Source: Candidatus Bathyarchaeota archaeon (lineage in GTDB: Archaea; Thermoproteota; Bathyarchaeia; Bathyarchaeales; Bathycorpusculaceae). From it: a DNA stretch of 64,000 bases. Positions 28,855 to 39,268 of the stretch are shown piece after piece. Position 1 is the stretch's first letter; each line of letters starts with the position of its first letter. A program made the position numbers and the translations under genes. The notes below the pieces were generated by a model. The model was not told the DNA's origin. It worked only from the letters and a program-made list of their open reading frames with translations, and did not search any database. The stretch is taken from contig CAWAKC010000002.1 in the NCBI GenBank assembly GCA_963782525.1, positions 52,443 to 116,442 of the forward strand. Direction: 5' to 3'.

Positions 28855-29883
28855 ATGGCGGGTACTGTGCAGAGCGAATATGCAATCCAAACCTTCAACT
28901 TGACAAAGACGTACAAGTCAAAAACCCCGAACAGCGGCATCTTTAATCGCAAAACCATTTCCGTCAACGCTATCGACGACCTAAACCTTGACATAAAAAA
29001 AGGCGAGTTATTCGGTTTGCTCGGTCCCAACGGGGCAGGCAAAACCACATTGGTAAAGATTCTTTGCACTTTGCTACCGCCAGACCGAGGTTCAGCTTTA
29101 GTAAACGGTTTTGATGTTGCCAAGCAGCAAATGAAGGTGAAGCAGTCTATTGGTACCCTCTTCAGTGTGGGTGAACGCGGATTTTTCTGGAGGCTCAGCG
29201 GCTACCGCAACTTGGAGTTTTTCGCAGCTATAAACAATGTTCCCCGAAGCAGCAGGCATCAGCGAATTATGGATGTTCTGGAGCTGGTTGGGCTACATGA
29301 CAAGGCGGATGTGTTTTTCCAAAAGTATTCGGGCGGCATGAAAAGAAAGCTGGCTTTGGCTAGGGCGTTGTTGGCTGATCCGCCGATTCTGCTTTTAGAC
29401 GAGCCGACCACAGGGTTAGATGTTACTTCTTCTAGGAACATTCGGGACTTTATAAAAAACGACCTTAGCAAAAAACACGGCAAAACAGTCCTCTACACTA
29501 CTCATTATATCGAGGAGGTTTCTCAGATGTGCGACCGCGTAGGGATCATGAACAAGGGCAAAATCGTAGCTTTAGATACACCCAACGCACTAAAGGGCAT
29601 GACAAAGAAAGGCGAAGTCGCAGACATTGTTGTAAGAAACATGTCTGAAGCACAGGTTAACACGCTGCGGGGTTTAGAGGGCGTTTCAGGTTTTGCTGCT
29701 GAAGTGCAGGATTCAGTTCTTGGGCAACGTCGTCTGCGAGTGCGTTTAGAGAATGTGAACGCGCTGCCGATGTTGCTGGATTTCTTTTTCAGCGAGAAAA
29801 TCAAGCTGGTGAACTTCCGGCAGGAGGAGCCGACGTTGGAGGATGCTTTTATCGAATTAACTGGGGCAGGTGAAGGGGCATGA
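28855..29883 (+). CDS. ABC transporter ATP-binding protein (DrrA-like exporter)
   Basis: GPNGAGKT, YSGGM, LLLDEPT, TTH, PTLEDAF. Confidence 0.95.
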   Translation: MAGTVQSEYAIQTFNLTKTYKSKTPNSGIFNRKTISVNAIDDLNLDIKKGELFGLLGPNGAGKTTLVKILCTLLPPDRGSALVNGFDVAKQQMKVKQSIGTLFSVGERGFFWRLSGYRNLEFFAAINNVPRSSRHQRIMDVLELVGLHDKADVFFQKYSGGMKRKLALARALLADPPILLLDEPTTGLDVTSSRNIRDFIKNDLSKKHGKTVLYTTHYIEEVSQMCDRVGIMNKGKIVALDTPNALKGMTKKGEVADIVVRNMSEAQVNTLRGLEGVSGFAAEVQDSVLGQRRLRVRLENVNALPMLLDFFFSEKIKLVNFRQEEPTLEDAFIELTGAGEGA

Positions 29884-30674
29884 ACTTGCCGCAGGAACTT
29901 GATAAAATCTACTACTTCATGAAGCGAGATATCATCTCGTTTTCAACGTACAAAACAAACATTTTGCTCAGCGTCGTCAGCGCTCTTTTCGGAGCGTTAT
30001 CGTACGCATTTTGGGGAGCTAACGCCTCCATGCCTAGCGTTGCAAACCTTGGCATGCCAGTTGTGACTTACCTTTTGATTGGGCTTGCCTTCAACACTTA
30101 CCTCTCGCAGAGCCTTACGCTTGTTCAGCGGACAATTAACCCGTGGAGTCTGGAGGAAGTATTGGTTTCCCCCACTGGGTTAGTAACCTTCATCGTGGGC
30201 AGTTCGCTTTGGGGATTTATTTGGAGCACACTTGTCATCGTTATTTATTTGGCGGTTGGCGTTTTTGCCTTCGGCGTTATACTGAGCGTCAACATCATAG
30301 GAACCATCATAGTAGTGGCATTGGGCATTGGAACATTCATTGGGTTCAGCATGATTGGTGCAGGCGTCTTGATTTTAACCAAACAAGGCGACCCCGTTAC
30401 CACAATCATCACGTTAGCCACCAACTTGTTTGGAAACGTTCTATTCCCAATCACCGTAATGCCGCTTCCCCTTCAAATAATCAGTTTCCTCGTTCCACAG
30501 TACTACTTCTTCACCTGCATTCGACCCATGCTAACCGGTCAAGCAATAGGAACAATTCTTCCAGACCTTGCCATTTTGGGTTTAATGTGTGCCATAATTC
30601 TCCCCGTCGGGTACTTAGCCTACTCATGGTGCCTAAAAACCGCACGCAAAAACGGAACCCTCTCATGGTTCTAA
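29880..30674 (+). CDS. ABC-2 type permease
   Basis: About six TM helices, FPITVMP motif, coupled to ATPase. Confidence 0.9.
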   Translation: MNLPQELDKIYYFMKRDIISFSTYKTNILLSVVSALFGALSYAFWGANASMPSVANLGMPVVTYLLIGLAFNTYLSQSLTLVQRTINPWSLEEVLVSPTGLVTFIVGSSLWGFIWSTLVIVIYLAVGVFAFGVILSVNIIGTIIVVALGIGTFIGFSMIGAGVLILTKQGDPVTTIITLATNLFGNVLFPITVMPLPLQIISFLVPQYYFFTCIRPMLTGQAIGTILPDLAILGLMCAIILPVGYLAYSWCLKTARKNGTLSWF

Positions 30675-30679
30675 ACTTT

Positions 30680-32425
30680 CTATTCTGCGTTTTTCTGATT
30701 TATCTTTTCTTCTAAAACTCCCTTGAAATTAACTTCGAAGGCGGCTGCTGGATTCTCAAGTTTCCATGCTTCAAGCACCAAGGGGCTAACTTCACCGACA
30801 ACACCCAATTCGACACCACCAACGATGACTGCGCCAACTCTTCCTTCAATAAAGCTAAGATGATTGGTCTCCTTTATTTGCCAATCAACCCCGAAATTAG
30901 CCATTAACGAGTCTAAAGCAGACTTGATTTCGCTGAAATTAGCGTTCACATGAGTCGTTACCGATGCAAGCCAATCTTCGTCTCGCGTTCGGGTTTCTTT
31001 GGTTTCATCAGGCAATGTTACTTTGCCCAATTCGAAGATTCTTTGGGGAAACTCGACGGATTGGTTAACGCTGAGGAACTCTATAAGGCTGGGCAGGAGC
31101 CAGTTGCGTAGACAAGTCATGGTTACTATTTTGGGGTTGGATAACTCTACAATTTTGGTTGGTTCTAAATTCATTTTTTTGAAAAGGGTTTCTTGGTTTG
31201 TTAATGTTGTGCTGAGGGTTTCTTGGTAGCCTAAACCAATCATTAGTTCGCGTACGATGTCGATGTATCGTTGGTCAGGTTTTGCTCTTCCTGTAGTTGG
31301 GAGTTCACGCCAAGTTGGTTTAATGTTATTGTACCCGTAGGCGATGGCAACATCTTCGATTATGTCAACCTGATGCATAACATCAACTCGGTAACATGGA
31401 ACAAGCACGGTCAAGCAGTCACCCTCAACTTTTTCCACACCAAGCCCAGCAGTAAGCAGCAAATCAGAAATCTTCTCAGATGTCAAATTCAAGCCCAAAA
31501 GACGGTTTGTATCCTGAACGCTTAGGTTGAAGCGTTTATTGTCAAAGTTTGGGGTAACAACTGTGCCCTCTTTGTACTGGTTGTTTTCTGGGTAATTGAT
31601 GTTGGCGCTGAAGGCTTTGCCTCCGCGGTCAATCAACGCCAACGTAACCAAGTTAAGCGTGTTTAAAACCGTCTTATGCAGCGTTCCCGTCACTTCAATG
31701 AGGAGGTTGCGTGATTCCTCGGTGATTTTTCCTAAATCGTTCGAGTTGATGATTGGGGGGAACGAGAGCACTTTGCCTTCGCTGTCAAATAGCATCGGGT
31801 AGAGCTGATTCTTTTTTGTTATGTGCCCGTATTCGACGCCTTTTGGGTGGCGTTCAAGAATTTCGTTTAAATCCATTTTCTCATTGAAGCCTAAGGGAAC
31901 AAACTTTACCTCGCTTGGAAAAACCGCGGTATATTCAATTGGTGGCTTAATCAGGTCAAGATTGTAGATGCCTATGGAGGTTTTTTGGCGGCTTCGACCG
32001 TTGGTTTGGTCAAGTTTATCCTGCAAGTGCATTATGCCCTTGATGACGTTGTCAGTGAGGTGGATGTCTTTGATTACTGAACAGCAAATGTATGGGCGGA
32101 TGTTGATTAAAAGTGGGTTAACGTTGACTTCGAGAGCTGATTTACCAACAGCGTAGTTGCGCGGTCCTTTTTCTAAGCCCAGATAGCAACGTAAGCCTCT
32201 TGCTAAACCTTCAGCACTCCAAAGGTCCGCACGCGCAGTATCCTTCATTTCCACGTTAAGAGCCATGTCAGTTTGATTGTAACCTTTGACCTCAGCCTTA
32301 ACTAAAGACAAAGTATCGTCTAATGCTTCAACTTGTAAATTCTGTGGGTTTCCAAATAGTGCACGGCATGTGCGTCTATCAATCAGTTCTTCTAGTGCTT
32401 GGTAGTCTACGTCGATTGTCGGCAT
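30680..32425 (-). CDS. pheT: phenylalanine-tRNA ligase beta subunit
   Basis: RADLWSAEGLAR, LSFPPIINS, VPCYRVDVMHQVDIIEDVAIAYGY. Confidence 0.97.
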   Translation of the reverse strand: MPTIDVDYQALEELIDRRTCRALFGNPQNLQVEALDDTLSLVKAEVKGYNQTDMALNVEMKDTARADLWSAEGLARGLRCYLGLEKGPRNYAVGKSALEVNVNPLLINIRPYICCSVIKDIHLTDNVIKGIMHLQDKLDQTNGRSRQKTSIGIYNLDLIKPPIEYTAVFPSEVKFVPLGFNEKMDLNEILERHPKGVEYGHITKKNQLYPMLFDSEGKVLSFPPIINSNDLGKITEESRNLLIEVTGTLHKTVLNTLNLVTLALIDRGGKAFSANINYPENNQYKEGTVVTPNFDNKRFNLSVQDTNRLLGLNLTSEKISDLLLTAGLGVEKVEGDCLTVLVPCYRVDVMHQVDIIEDVAIAYGYNNIKPTWRELPTTGRAKPDQRYIDIVRELMIGLGYQETLSTTLTNQETLFKKMNLEPTKIVELSNPKIVTMTCLRNWLLPSLIEFLSVNQSVEFPQRIFELGKVTLPDETKETRTRDEDWLASVTTHVNANFSEIKSALDSLMANFGVDWQIKETNHLSFIEGRVGAVIVGGVELGVVGEVSPLVLEAWKLENPAAAFEVNFKGVLEEKINQKNAE

Positions 32426-33972
32426 TTATGTCACCTGTTTTTTCCGTAGCCAATTGAGGTCTTGGCTAAAAATCATACGAATGTCCTCGATACCCGCTCG
32501 CATCATAAACAAGCGGTCCACACCCAACCCCCAGGCAATCACAGGCTCCTTTACGCCCAATGGCAAAGTGACTTCGGGACGGAAGATGCCTGAACCACCG
32601 AATTCTACCCAGCCATAGCCTTCTTTGTAGGCGGACAGTTCCACGCTGGGTTCAGTGAAGGGGAAGTAGTCGGGTTTGAAACGTATTTTTTCTGCACCTG
32701 CAATTTCCATGGCAAATTTGCCCAATGCACCGAGGAGGTCTTTTAGGTTGAGGTTTTTGTCGATTATGATGCCTTCAACTTGGTTGAATTCGGAGAGGTG
32801 GGTTGTATCAGTGATTTCGGGGCGGTAGACTCGTGCGATTGAGAAGTGTTTGCTTGGGACCTCATATTTCCCAGCTTCCAGGGTTCGAGCGCTTAGACAT
32901 GTGCCGTGTCCACGGAGCAGTAGCCGCTGCGCAGCTTGGAGCGAGTACTTGTATCCCCACCCGGTTGACCCTGTATTCCAGCCGTTCTCATGAGTTTCTT
33001 TCACTTGCTCAAGTGCTGTAGCATGTTTTTTGGTGTAGCCGAACTGGGGGTCTTTAACGTAATAAATATCGCTGGCTTCCCGTGCAGGATGATCCTGAGG
33101 CACATATAACGCGTCAAAATTGAAAAACGCCGTCTCAACTGCGGTTCCCGTCATTTCCTGAAAACCCAACTGGACTAATTTAGCGCGGACTTCATCGAGG
33201 AATTGCAGGTAGGGATGCTTTTTCCAGGCCAAACTTTTGCGACCGGTGCTTCGATGTTGTATTTCTGAAGCGTTTTCTCGCGCCATTTGCCAGAAATTAT
33301 AAGGTTCGGAGTCAATTGAGTAATAACTTCTGGAGCTATTACCGCGGTTGAAGTGAGGGTGATAGTCTTGGTTTTCTTTAGGGTTTGTTTGCCTTCCTCG
33401 GTGATTTGGAGAGTGCGAGAAGTTTTAGCCTCTACGGTTACGAGTTTTCTTTTTTTAAGTTGTTCGGTTGCTTGTTGAAGGTCAGAGCTGAGGTCTTCTT
33501 GGGATTCTTGTTTCTTTTCATCTAAGTATTTTAGGAATGTTTCATCGCAGCCTTCAGCGATGGCTGTTGGTTGTTCACTATAACGGAGCGTATTGTTCTG
33601 GGGGGTGTATGTTGCCCATTTCTTCCTTATAGCCCAGCCAAGTGCAATTTGGATGAATTCTGATTTGAGCCCAGCTTTTTCCGCCGCCTGTTTTAGGTCT
33701 GCAGCTCCGCCCAGTTCTGCAACAACTGAAATTAATCTGCGTTCAGGTAAGCCTTCTTTCGCATACTGCTCGCCTTCAGAAGTTAATTTAACAATATTTT
33801 GAACTTTCGCTCGGATAGCAACAAAATTTTTTTCCTGCAGCGTTAAGGCGTTGCGCATGACGGCTGTATCTTGGATTCCGCATGTTTGAATTAGTTGGTC
33901 TACGGTTGCTGTTCCGCCGAGCGATTCGAGTGCGGAGAGTACTTGTTGTTCTTGGGTTCTAAGTTCAGCCAT
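32426..33972 (-). CDS. pheS: phenylalanine-tRNA ligase alpha subunit (archaeal long form), 1-nt frameshift at ~33219-33223
   Basis: N-terminal wHTH domains in 33175..33972; FNFDALYVPQDHPARE, FPFTEPS, WGLGVDR in 32426..33286; one extra A in the A5 run restores PGKKHP. Confidence 0.93.
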
Positions 33973-34055
33973 CTAACTTGTGCCTTCGCAGCAGGTTTTG
34001 TTATTGGATAGTTACTGCGTCAATAAAAGCATGCTGATAAACCTAAATCAGGGTG

Positions 34056-35366
34056 TTATGCGATTTGGATTTTTTTGTCGATTGAGCTTTGGACGTTTCG
34101 TTCGATGGTGCGTTTGAGGTTGCTGATTTTGTCTTCAGCTTCTTTGCAAGCGTTTTCTTTGACGGTTTCATGGGTTTCAACGCTTGTTTTCCGCGCCTTC
34201 AGTAAATCTGCCTGCTCCTGGTATTGAGCTATGCTTTGGTTTATCTCATCCATCTTTGAAGACGCCAGCAAATGTTCCTTGTTCGATGCCATCCCAGCGC
34301 ATCTTATCTGAAGTTTCGCCAAAGAATCCTTATTCAGAATCTCATCGACTGTTTGCTCAGCTTTTCTAGCTTTATCCGGTTTCAACTTCAGCTTGTCCTG
34401 AGCCATCAACTCTTCAAGCTTCTGCAGAATTTCTTTAAGCATCGGATAATCTGCCTGTTCAGACACTAACGCAGCAAACGGCGATTCTAAGTACTGGGTT
34501 ATCTTGTTTAGTTCGTCGGGGGTTACGCCTCCTCCGCCTCCAGTGGCTAAAGCTTGCATCTTTATGAAAGGCTTCTGAAGGTGTCTTAGCTCATGTTTTA
34601 ACTCGTTGGTTAAGGAATCAATCTCGCAGTTAACCATGTTCAGTTTGTCGACGGGTCCTTTGCATTTTAACTCGTTGATTTTCTCTTCAAGAACTGCGAT
34701 TTCCTGCTCAATTGGCAAACGCTCCTTCCGTATTGCTATCTGGTCGTCTTTGAGGGTAATCAACTGCTTTTCTATACCTTGAAGTTCGTTGATTTGCTGG
34801 AGAGCTTCCTCCAAAGTTTTGGTTTTGACATATTCCTTGGTAACATAGTCGTTTAGTGCTGTGTAGGCTTGTTTTGCCCGCTCATAGACGGCGAGGAATT
34901 TTCGTCTGTCCATGATGAAGAAGGGGGAGATTCTCGGAAACCAATTTTTTATGTCGATGTCTGTGACTAAGAGGACTTTCTGGGTTTCCCCGACGTAGCG
35001 GTTGATGCTGTCGTAGGTGACTTGTTCGGGTGGGTTGATTTTTTTTAGTCGGTCGAGGAAAAGGCGGGCGAGTTTATTTAGGGCGCGTGCTCGGTTGTAG
35101 ACTTTCATGTTTCTTCTTTCTATTTCTTTGCTGCTGGTGTCGAAGAGTTGTTTGCTGACGTCTGCGACCATTTGAACTGAAAGGTTCATGTCGTCGCGTA
35201 GTTTTTTGGCTTGGATATGTACCGGGGTTAGGATGTTGCTGGTTTGGGTTGTTAGCCAACGTTTTACTTCTTCTGACGATGAGAACTGTTGGGTTGTTTC
35301 AGTCAACGCTGCTTCACTGTGTCTTATCTTATTGTTGGGTGGTTTATCAATTTTAGCCCAATTCAA
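34056..35366 (-). CDS. long coiled-coil hypothetical protein
   Basis: 436-aa E/K/L/Q-rich helical ORF with a central GGGGG; no Walker motifs. Confidence 0.8.
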   Translation of the reverse strand: MNWAKIDKPPNNKIRHSEAALTETTQQFSSSEEVKRWLTTQTSNILTPVHIQAKKLRDDMNLSVQMVADVSKQLFDTSSKEIERRNMKVYNRARALNKLARLFLDRLKKINPPEQVTYDSINRYVGETQKVLLVTDIDIKNWFPRISPFFIMDRRKFLAVYERAKQAYTALNDYVTKEYVKTKTLEEALQQINELQGIEKQLITLKDDQIAIRKERLPIEQEIAVLEEKINELKCKGPVDKLNMVNCEIDSLTNELKHELRHLQKPFIKMQALATGGGGGVTPDELNKITQYLESPFAALVSEQADYPMLKEILQKLEELMAQDKLKLKPDKARKAEQTVDEILNKDSLAKLQIRCAGMASNKEHLLASSKMDEINQSIAQYQEQADLLKARKTSVETHETVKENACKEAEDKISNLKRTIERNVQSSIDKKIQIA

Positions 35367-35432
35367 ATACTCTTTTTTTGGTAACTACTCTTAAATAGGT
35401 AACTAACCTTCTGAAAAGCCTGAGCTGAACAA

Positions 35433-36026
35433 ATGAATACGAAAAGCCTGACATTCGCCGTTATGATGGGCGCCCTTGGAACGGCATTTTTCGCAATATC
35501 ATATTATGTAGCCCCAATTGCGCCTTCCTTAGCATTTGATTTTAGCTTAATTGGCGTTCTCGTTGCAGGCTACTATGGTGGGCCCAAATTAGGCTTCCTG
35601 ACTGGACTCATTGCTGGAATCTTACCAGGCATTATGTTTGGACCCTTGGGAACAGGCGGCGTTTTCGGTTTAATAGGCTTACCGTTTGGCAAAGCCCTTA
35701 CTGGTATGACTGCTGGACTCCTATCTTCAGGTATAAAGTTCGGGCAAAAATCCCGACCATCCATCCTTGCCATTCCATCTACATTCCTAGCGTACATACC
35801 TGAAAGTCTATTCACTTGGGGGTACTTCGTATTGCTGCTCGGAACTACGGTGGGAACTGCGGTGTACTCAACTGTTCTTGTTAAAGCGCTAATCGAAATT
35901 GCAGTGATGAGTTTGGTCATGGTGGCTTTGCTGAGGAACAATGGTTTTAGTTGCTATGTCCGTGCTCATTTCCTGTCACAGAGCAACACCATTGTAAACT
36001 GCAATTCTTCAGAAAAAAAGAAGTAA
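35433..36026 (+). CDS. ECF transporter S component-like membrane protein
   Basis: ~190 aa, multiple TM helices, DFSLIGVLVAGYYGGPKLGFLTGLIA pattern. Confidence 0.7.
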   Translation: MNTKSLTFAVMMGALGTAFFAISYYVAPIAPSLAFDFSLIGVLVAGYYGGPKLGFLTGLIAGILPGIMFGPLGTGGVFGLIGLPFGKALTGMTAGLLSSGIKFGQKSRPSILAIPSTFLAYIPESLFTWGYFVLLLGTTVGTAVYSTVLVKALIEIAVMSLVMVALLRNNGFSCYVRAHFLSQSNTIVNCNSSEKKK

Positions 36027-36992
36027 TTAGAATCCTAAGGATTGTGCCAGTACCTTAGGGTTTATTTGTCCTGCTTTGAAGGTTTTGCCTGTTTTTGCGT
36101 TGTTTATCATGAGGACTGCTGGGGCGAATAAGCCGTGGTCGATTTTGTAGAAGTCTTTGTCTGCTTCGCGGAAGATTTGTAGGAATGGTTTGCCGTAGTC
36201 TTTGGATGCCATAGATGGGGCTTGGTTAACCATGGTTTGCAAGGCGGCTTCGTCGTCGAAATCGACGGTGAGGTAGACGGTTCCGCCGTAGAGGATTGCG
36301 TCGTTGGTTCGTGCCATAGCAACTTCAAAGTCCATGCCCACCGGTGGAATAGGGGCATAACCCATCGCATAACGAATAACTTTGGGGCTTAAACCCAACG
36401 TTTTTAGCTTGTGAATGCCGACTTCAACTACTCTCCCCGCAACCTGTGTTAAGCCTGCCATGCTCGCGGTTGGAGCTACAACTACGATGAGGTTTTCTGC
36501 TTTAACGTTGCTTGCAGCCGTAACTTTTTCGATTAAAACATCAGATGGCAAAACATTGCTCTCCAACGTGATAACGGCTTTGTCGCTGACATCTTTATAG
36601 CCGATTTCTTCGAAAACGTCCTTTGGCTTAAGCGCTAGCGCACGAACTGGTCCTGAACCGATAGCTATGTTGCCGTCTGGTTCTTTGATGCGCCAACCCG
36701 CAAACTGCGAACCCAGCATCGCAATCGCAGGAAAATCGGACGAAACGGTAATCGACGGGAAAGTCATGTCGCCGTAGGTTTTGAAGCTAAGCTGCGCTTT
36801 TCCTGCTCCTCCTAAGCATAGTTCGGTTAGTTTTTTGCCTGCTTGAAAGCCACCTGGCGCGTTAACACCTGCGTCGATTATGGTGGCTCCGGCAGCTGAT
36901 TTTGTGATGGTTACGCCGTAAAATTCTGGGTTGTCAATGAATTTTTGGGCTATTTTCCAAGCCATCTGGTTAACGCTTAATGCATTTCCCAT
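36027..36992 (-). CDS. mch: methenyltetrahydromethanopterin cyclohydrolase
   Basis: IIDAGVN..GG, LGSQFAGW, GSGPVRALA, APTAS.AG..QVAGRVVE.GIHK, TNDAILYGG, DFYKID..LFAPA. Confidence 0.96.
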   Translation of the reverse strand: MGNALSVNQMAWKIAQKFIDNPEFYGVTITKSAAGATIIDAGVNAPGGFQAGKKLTELCLGGAGKAQLSFKTYGDMTFPSITVSSDFPAIAMLGSQFAGWRIKEPDGNIAIGSGPVRALALKPKDVFEEIGYKDVSDKAVITLESNVLPSDVLIEKVTAASNVKAENLIVVVAPTASMAGLTQVAGRVVEVGIHKLKTLGLSPKVIRYAMGYAPIPPVGMDFEVAMARTNDAILYGGTVYLTVDFDDEAALQTMVNQAPSMASKDYGKPFLQIFREADKDFYKIDHGLFAPAVLMINNAKTGKTFKAGQINPKVLAQSLGF

Positions 36993-37208
36993 AACTTTTC
37001 ACCTTAGAGTACCTATCATGATTGTTTTTGAATATTAAAGTTAACCCCTCGGCTATTTCGAAAGTTGAAACCAGTCTTAAACGAGTAGATCGGTATTGGC
37101 GTTTTCCGCTGCCATTAGTCAAGTTAAACTTCTTTACTTTGGAAGAGGTGCCAAAAAGTTCTAAAGCACTGAAATGCACTAGTAAAATTGTTTTGTTTAG
37201 GTGTTTTG

Positions 37209-37910
37209 ATGAAGTTTGAAACTCAATTTCAAGAAATAATATCTCGCACCCACGACGTATCCAGCTTTCGTTTTCCCCGACCCGCCAAACTGGAATATAA
37301 ACCGGGGCAATTTTTCTTTGTAACCCTAAAGCAAGGCGACAAAGAACTCAAAAAACACTTCAGCTTCAGCAGCAGCCCCACAGAAAAAGACCATATAGAA
37401 TTCACAAAAAAATTCACTGACCATGAATACTCCTTGGCACTTAAAGCCTCAAAAGTCGGAGACTGGGCAATGATAGAAGCGCCGTTTGGGCAATTCACTT
37501 TTGAGGGCGAATACCCAAAAATCGCGCTGTTGGGCGGGGGCATCGGAATTACGCCTTTTATAAGCTTCTGCAAAAACGCCACAGACAAAGGATTGGACAG
37601 TGAAATCACACTTTTCTATGGTTGCCGAACAACGGAAGACATTGCTTTCCGCAAGGAATTTGAGGAGCTGTCACAGAAAAACAGGAACCTCAAGTTAGTC
37701 TTCACTGTTAACCCACCTGCACCACCCGATTGGACTGGTGCTACAGGAATAATAAACGCTGACTTGATAAAGCAGCAACTGCCAGATTACAAAGATTACA
37801 TGTTCTATACTTGCGGGCCGCCACCAATGATTGAAGCCATGGAAAAACTCGTAGTTAGCTTGGGGTTACCTAAAGAGAAACTGAAAAGAGAGCTCTTTTC
37901 AGGCTATTAA
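37209..37910 (+). CDS. FAD/NAD(P)-binding ferredoxin-NADP reductase-like oxidoreductase
   Basis: YKPGQF, HFSFSSSP, GGGIGITPF, YTCGPPPM. Confidence 0.9.
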   Translation: MKFETQFQEIISRTHDVSSFRFPRPAKLEYKPGQFFFVTLKQGDKELKKHFSFSSSPTEKDHIEFTKKFTDHEYSLALKASKVGDWAMIEAPFGQFTFEGEYPKIALLGGGIGITPFISFCKNATDKGLDSEITLFYGCRTTEDIAFRKEFEELSQKNRNLKLVFTVNPPAPPDWTGATGIINADLIKQQLPDYKDYMFYTCGPPPMIEAMEKLVVSLGLPKEKLKRELFSGY

Positions 37911-37925
37911 AAAGAGAAAAGAGTT

Positions 37926-39209
37926 TTAGGGGTAGAAGCGTCGGGTGGTTCTTGGGAATGGGATGGCGTCGATGATGTTGTCTAAGTCAAGCATCCAAAC
38001 CAACAGCCGTTCTAAGCCCATGCCGAAGCCGACGTGTGGCACAGTTCCGTAGCGTCTCAAGTCAAGGTACCATTCATAGTCTTCTGGCTTAAGTCCCTGC
38101 GCTTTCATGCGTTCGATTAGGATTTCTTTGTTGTCTTCTCTTTCGGCCGCCTGTACTGATTTCGCCAATTCTGGGCACCATCATATCCACAGACATGGCG
38201 ACTTCTGGGTGGTCACTGTAGGTTTTGCAGTAGAACGCTTTGATTTCAGTTGGGTAATCGTAGACGAAGAAGGGTTTGCCGAAGTCTTCTGCTAAAACTT
38301 TCTCGTCTTCGTAGCCGAGGTCTGCGCCCCAATTCAAGGCTGAATTTTTTGGTTTTAGACGTTCAATGGCTTCTTTGTAGGTTATTCTTGGAAACGGCGT
38401 TTTGACCGCTCTTAGTTTCTCGATGTCAGCGCCCAACTCTTTGAATTCAGTTTGGCAACGTTCTGCTATTGCTTGGCAAAGGTATTCCATCAGACCTTCC
38501 TCAAACTTCATTAGGTCGTTCATGTCAGCAAACGGCCATTCGCCTTCCATGTGCCAGTACTCGGTGAGGTGACGGATGGTTCGGCTTTTTTCCGCGGGAA
38601 AGATGGCGCGATGCAGTAGACGTTTTCCAGTGAGTAAATTAGGATTTCAAGGTAGAGTTGGCTGCTCTGAGTTAAGTACAGTTCTTGGTCAAAATATTTT
38701 AAGCCAAACAATGTGGAGCCGCCCTCCACTGCTGCGGAAATGAACATTGGCGGTGAAACTTCGGTGTATTTTTGTTTCTTGAAGTATTCTCTTGCAGCCT
38801 CTAAAACTTCTGCGCGGACCTTCATGACCAAGTTCATTTTTCTGCTGCGAAGCCACAGATGGCGCATGTCACGGATGAATTCTTCACTTTTATCTTTGCT
38901 GATGGGGAAGGTTTCGGCTAAGCCGATGATGGTGACGGCGTCGGCGCCGATTTCAAAGCCGCCTGGAGCCCGTTTATCCTCTTTCGCGGTACCTTCTAAG
39001 CTGACTGAGGATTCGATTGTTAATTTTTTTGCTTCACTCCAACCTGCGCTTGTTTTTTTGACGGTGCATTGGATTACGCCTGTAGAATCGCGGATTAAGA
39101 GGAATATGAGTTCTTTTCCTTCCCGTTTTCGGTATACCCAGCCGCGGACGGTTACCTGTTCGTCTTTTTGGGAGCCGTTTAAGATCTCGTTTATTTTAAC
39201 CAAAGCCAT
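37926..39209 (-). CDS. asnS: asparagine-tRNA ligase, two single-base frameshifts (~38595, ~38146)
   Basis: OB-fold [16 protein letters not shown], reconstructed [39 protein letters not shown]...PFPR across three track ORFs. Confidence 0.9.
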
Positions 39210-39268
39210 CGGGCATCAACTATTGGCTTACTACTTGTTTTCAAACCTAAATGCCTATCGATTTAGGA

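Noticed and set aside
34056-35366. SMC/Rad50-like ATPase or defence protein
   Set aside because: Coiled coil only; no Walker A/B, signature or zinc-hook motif.
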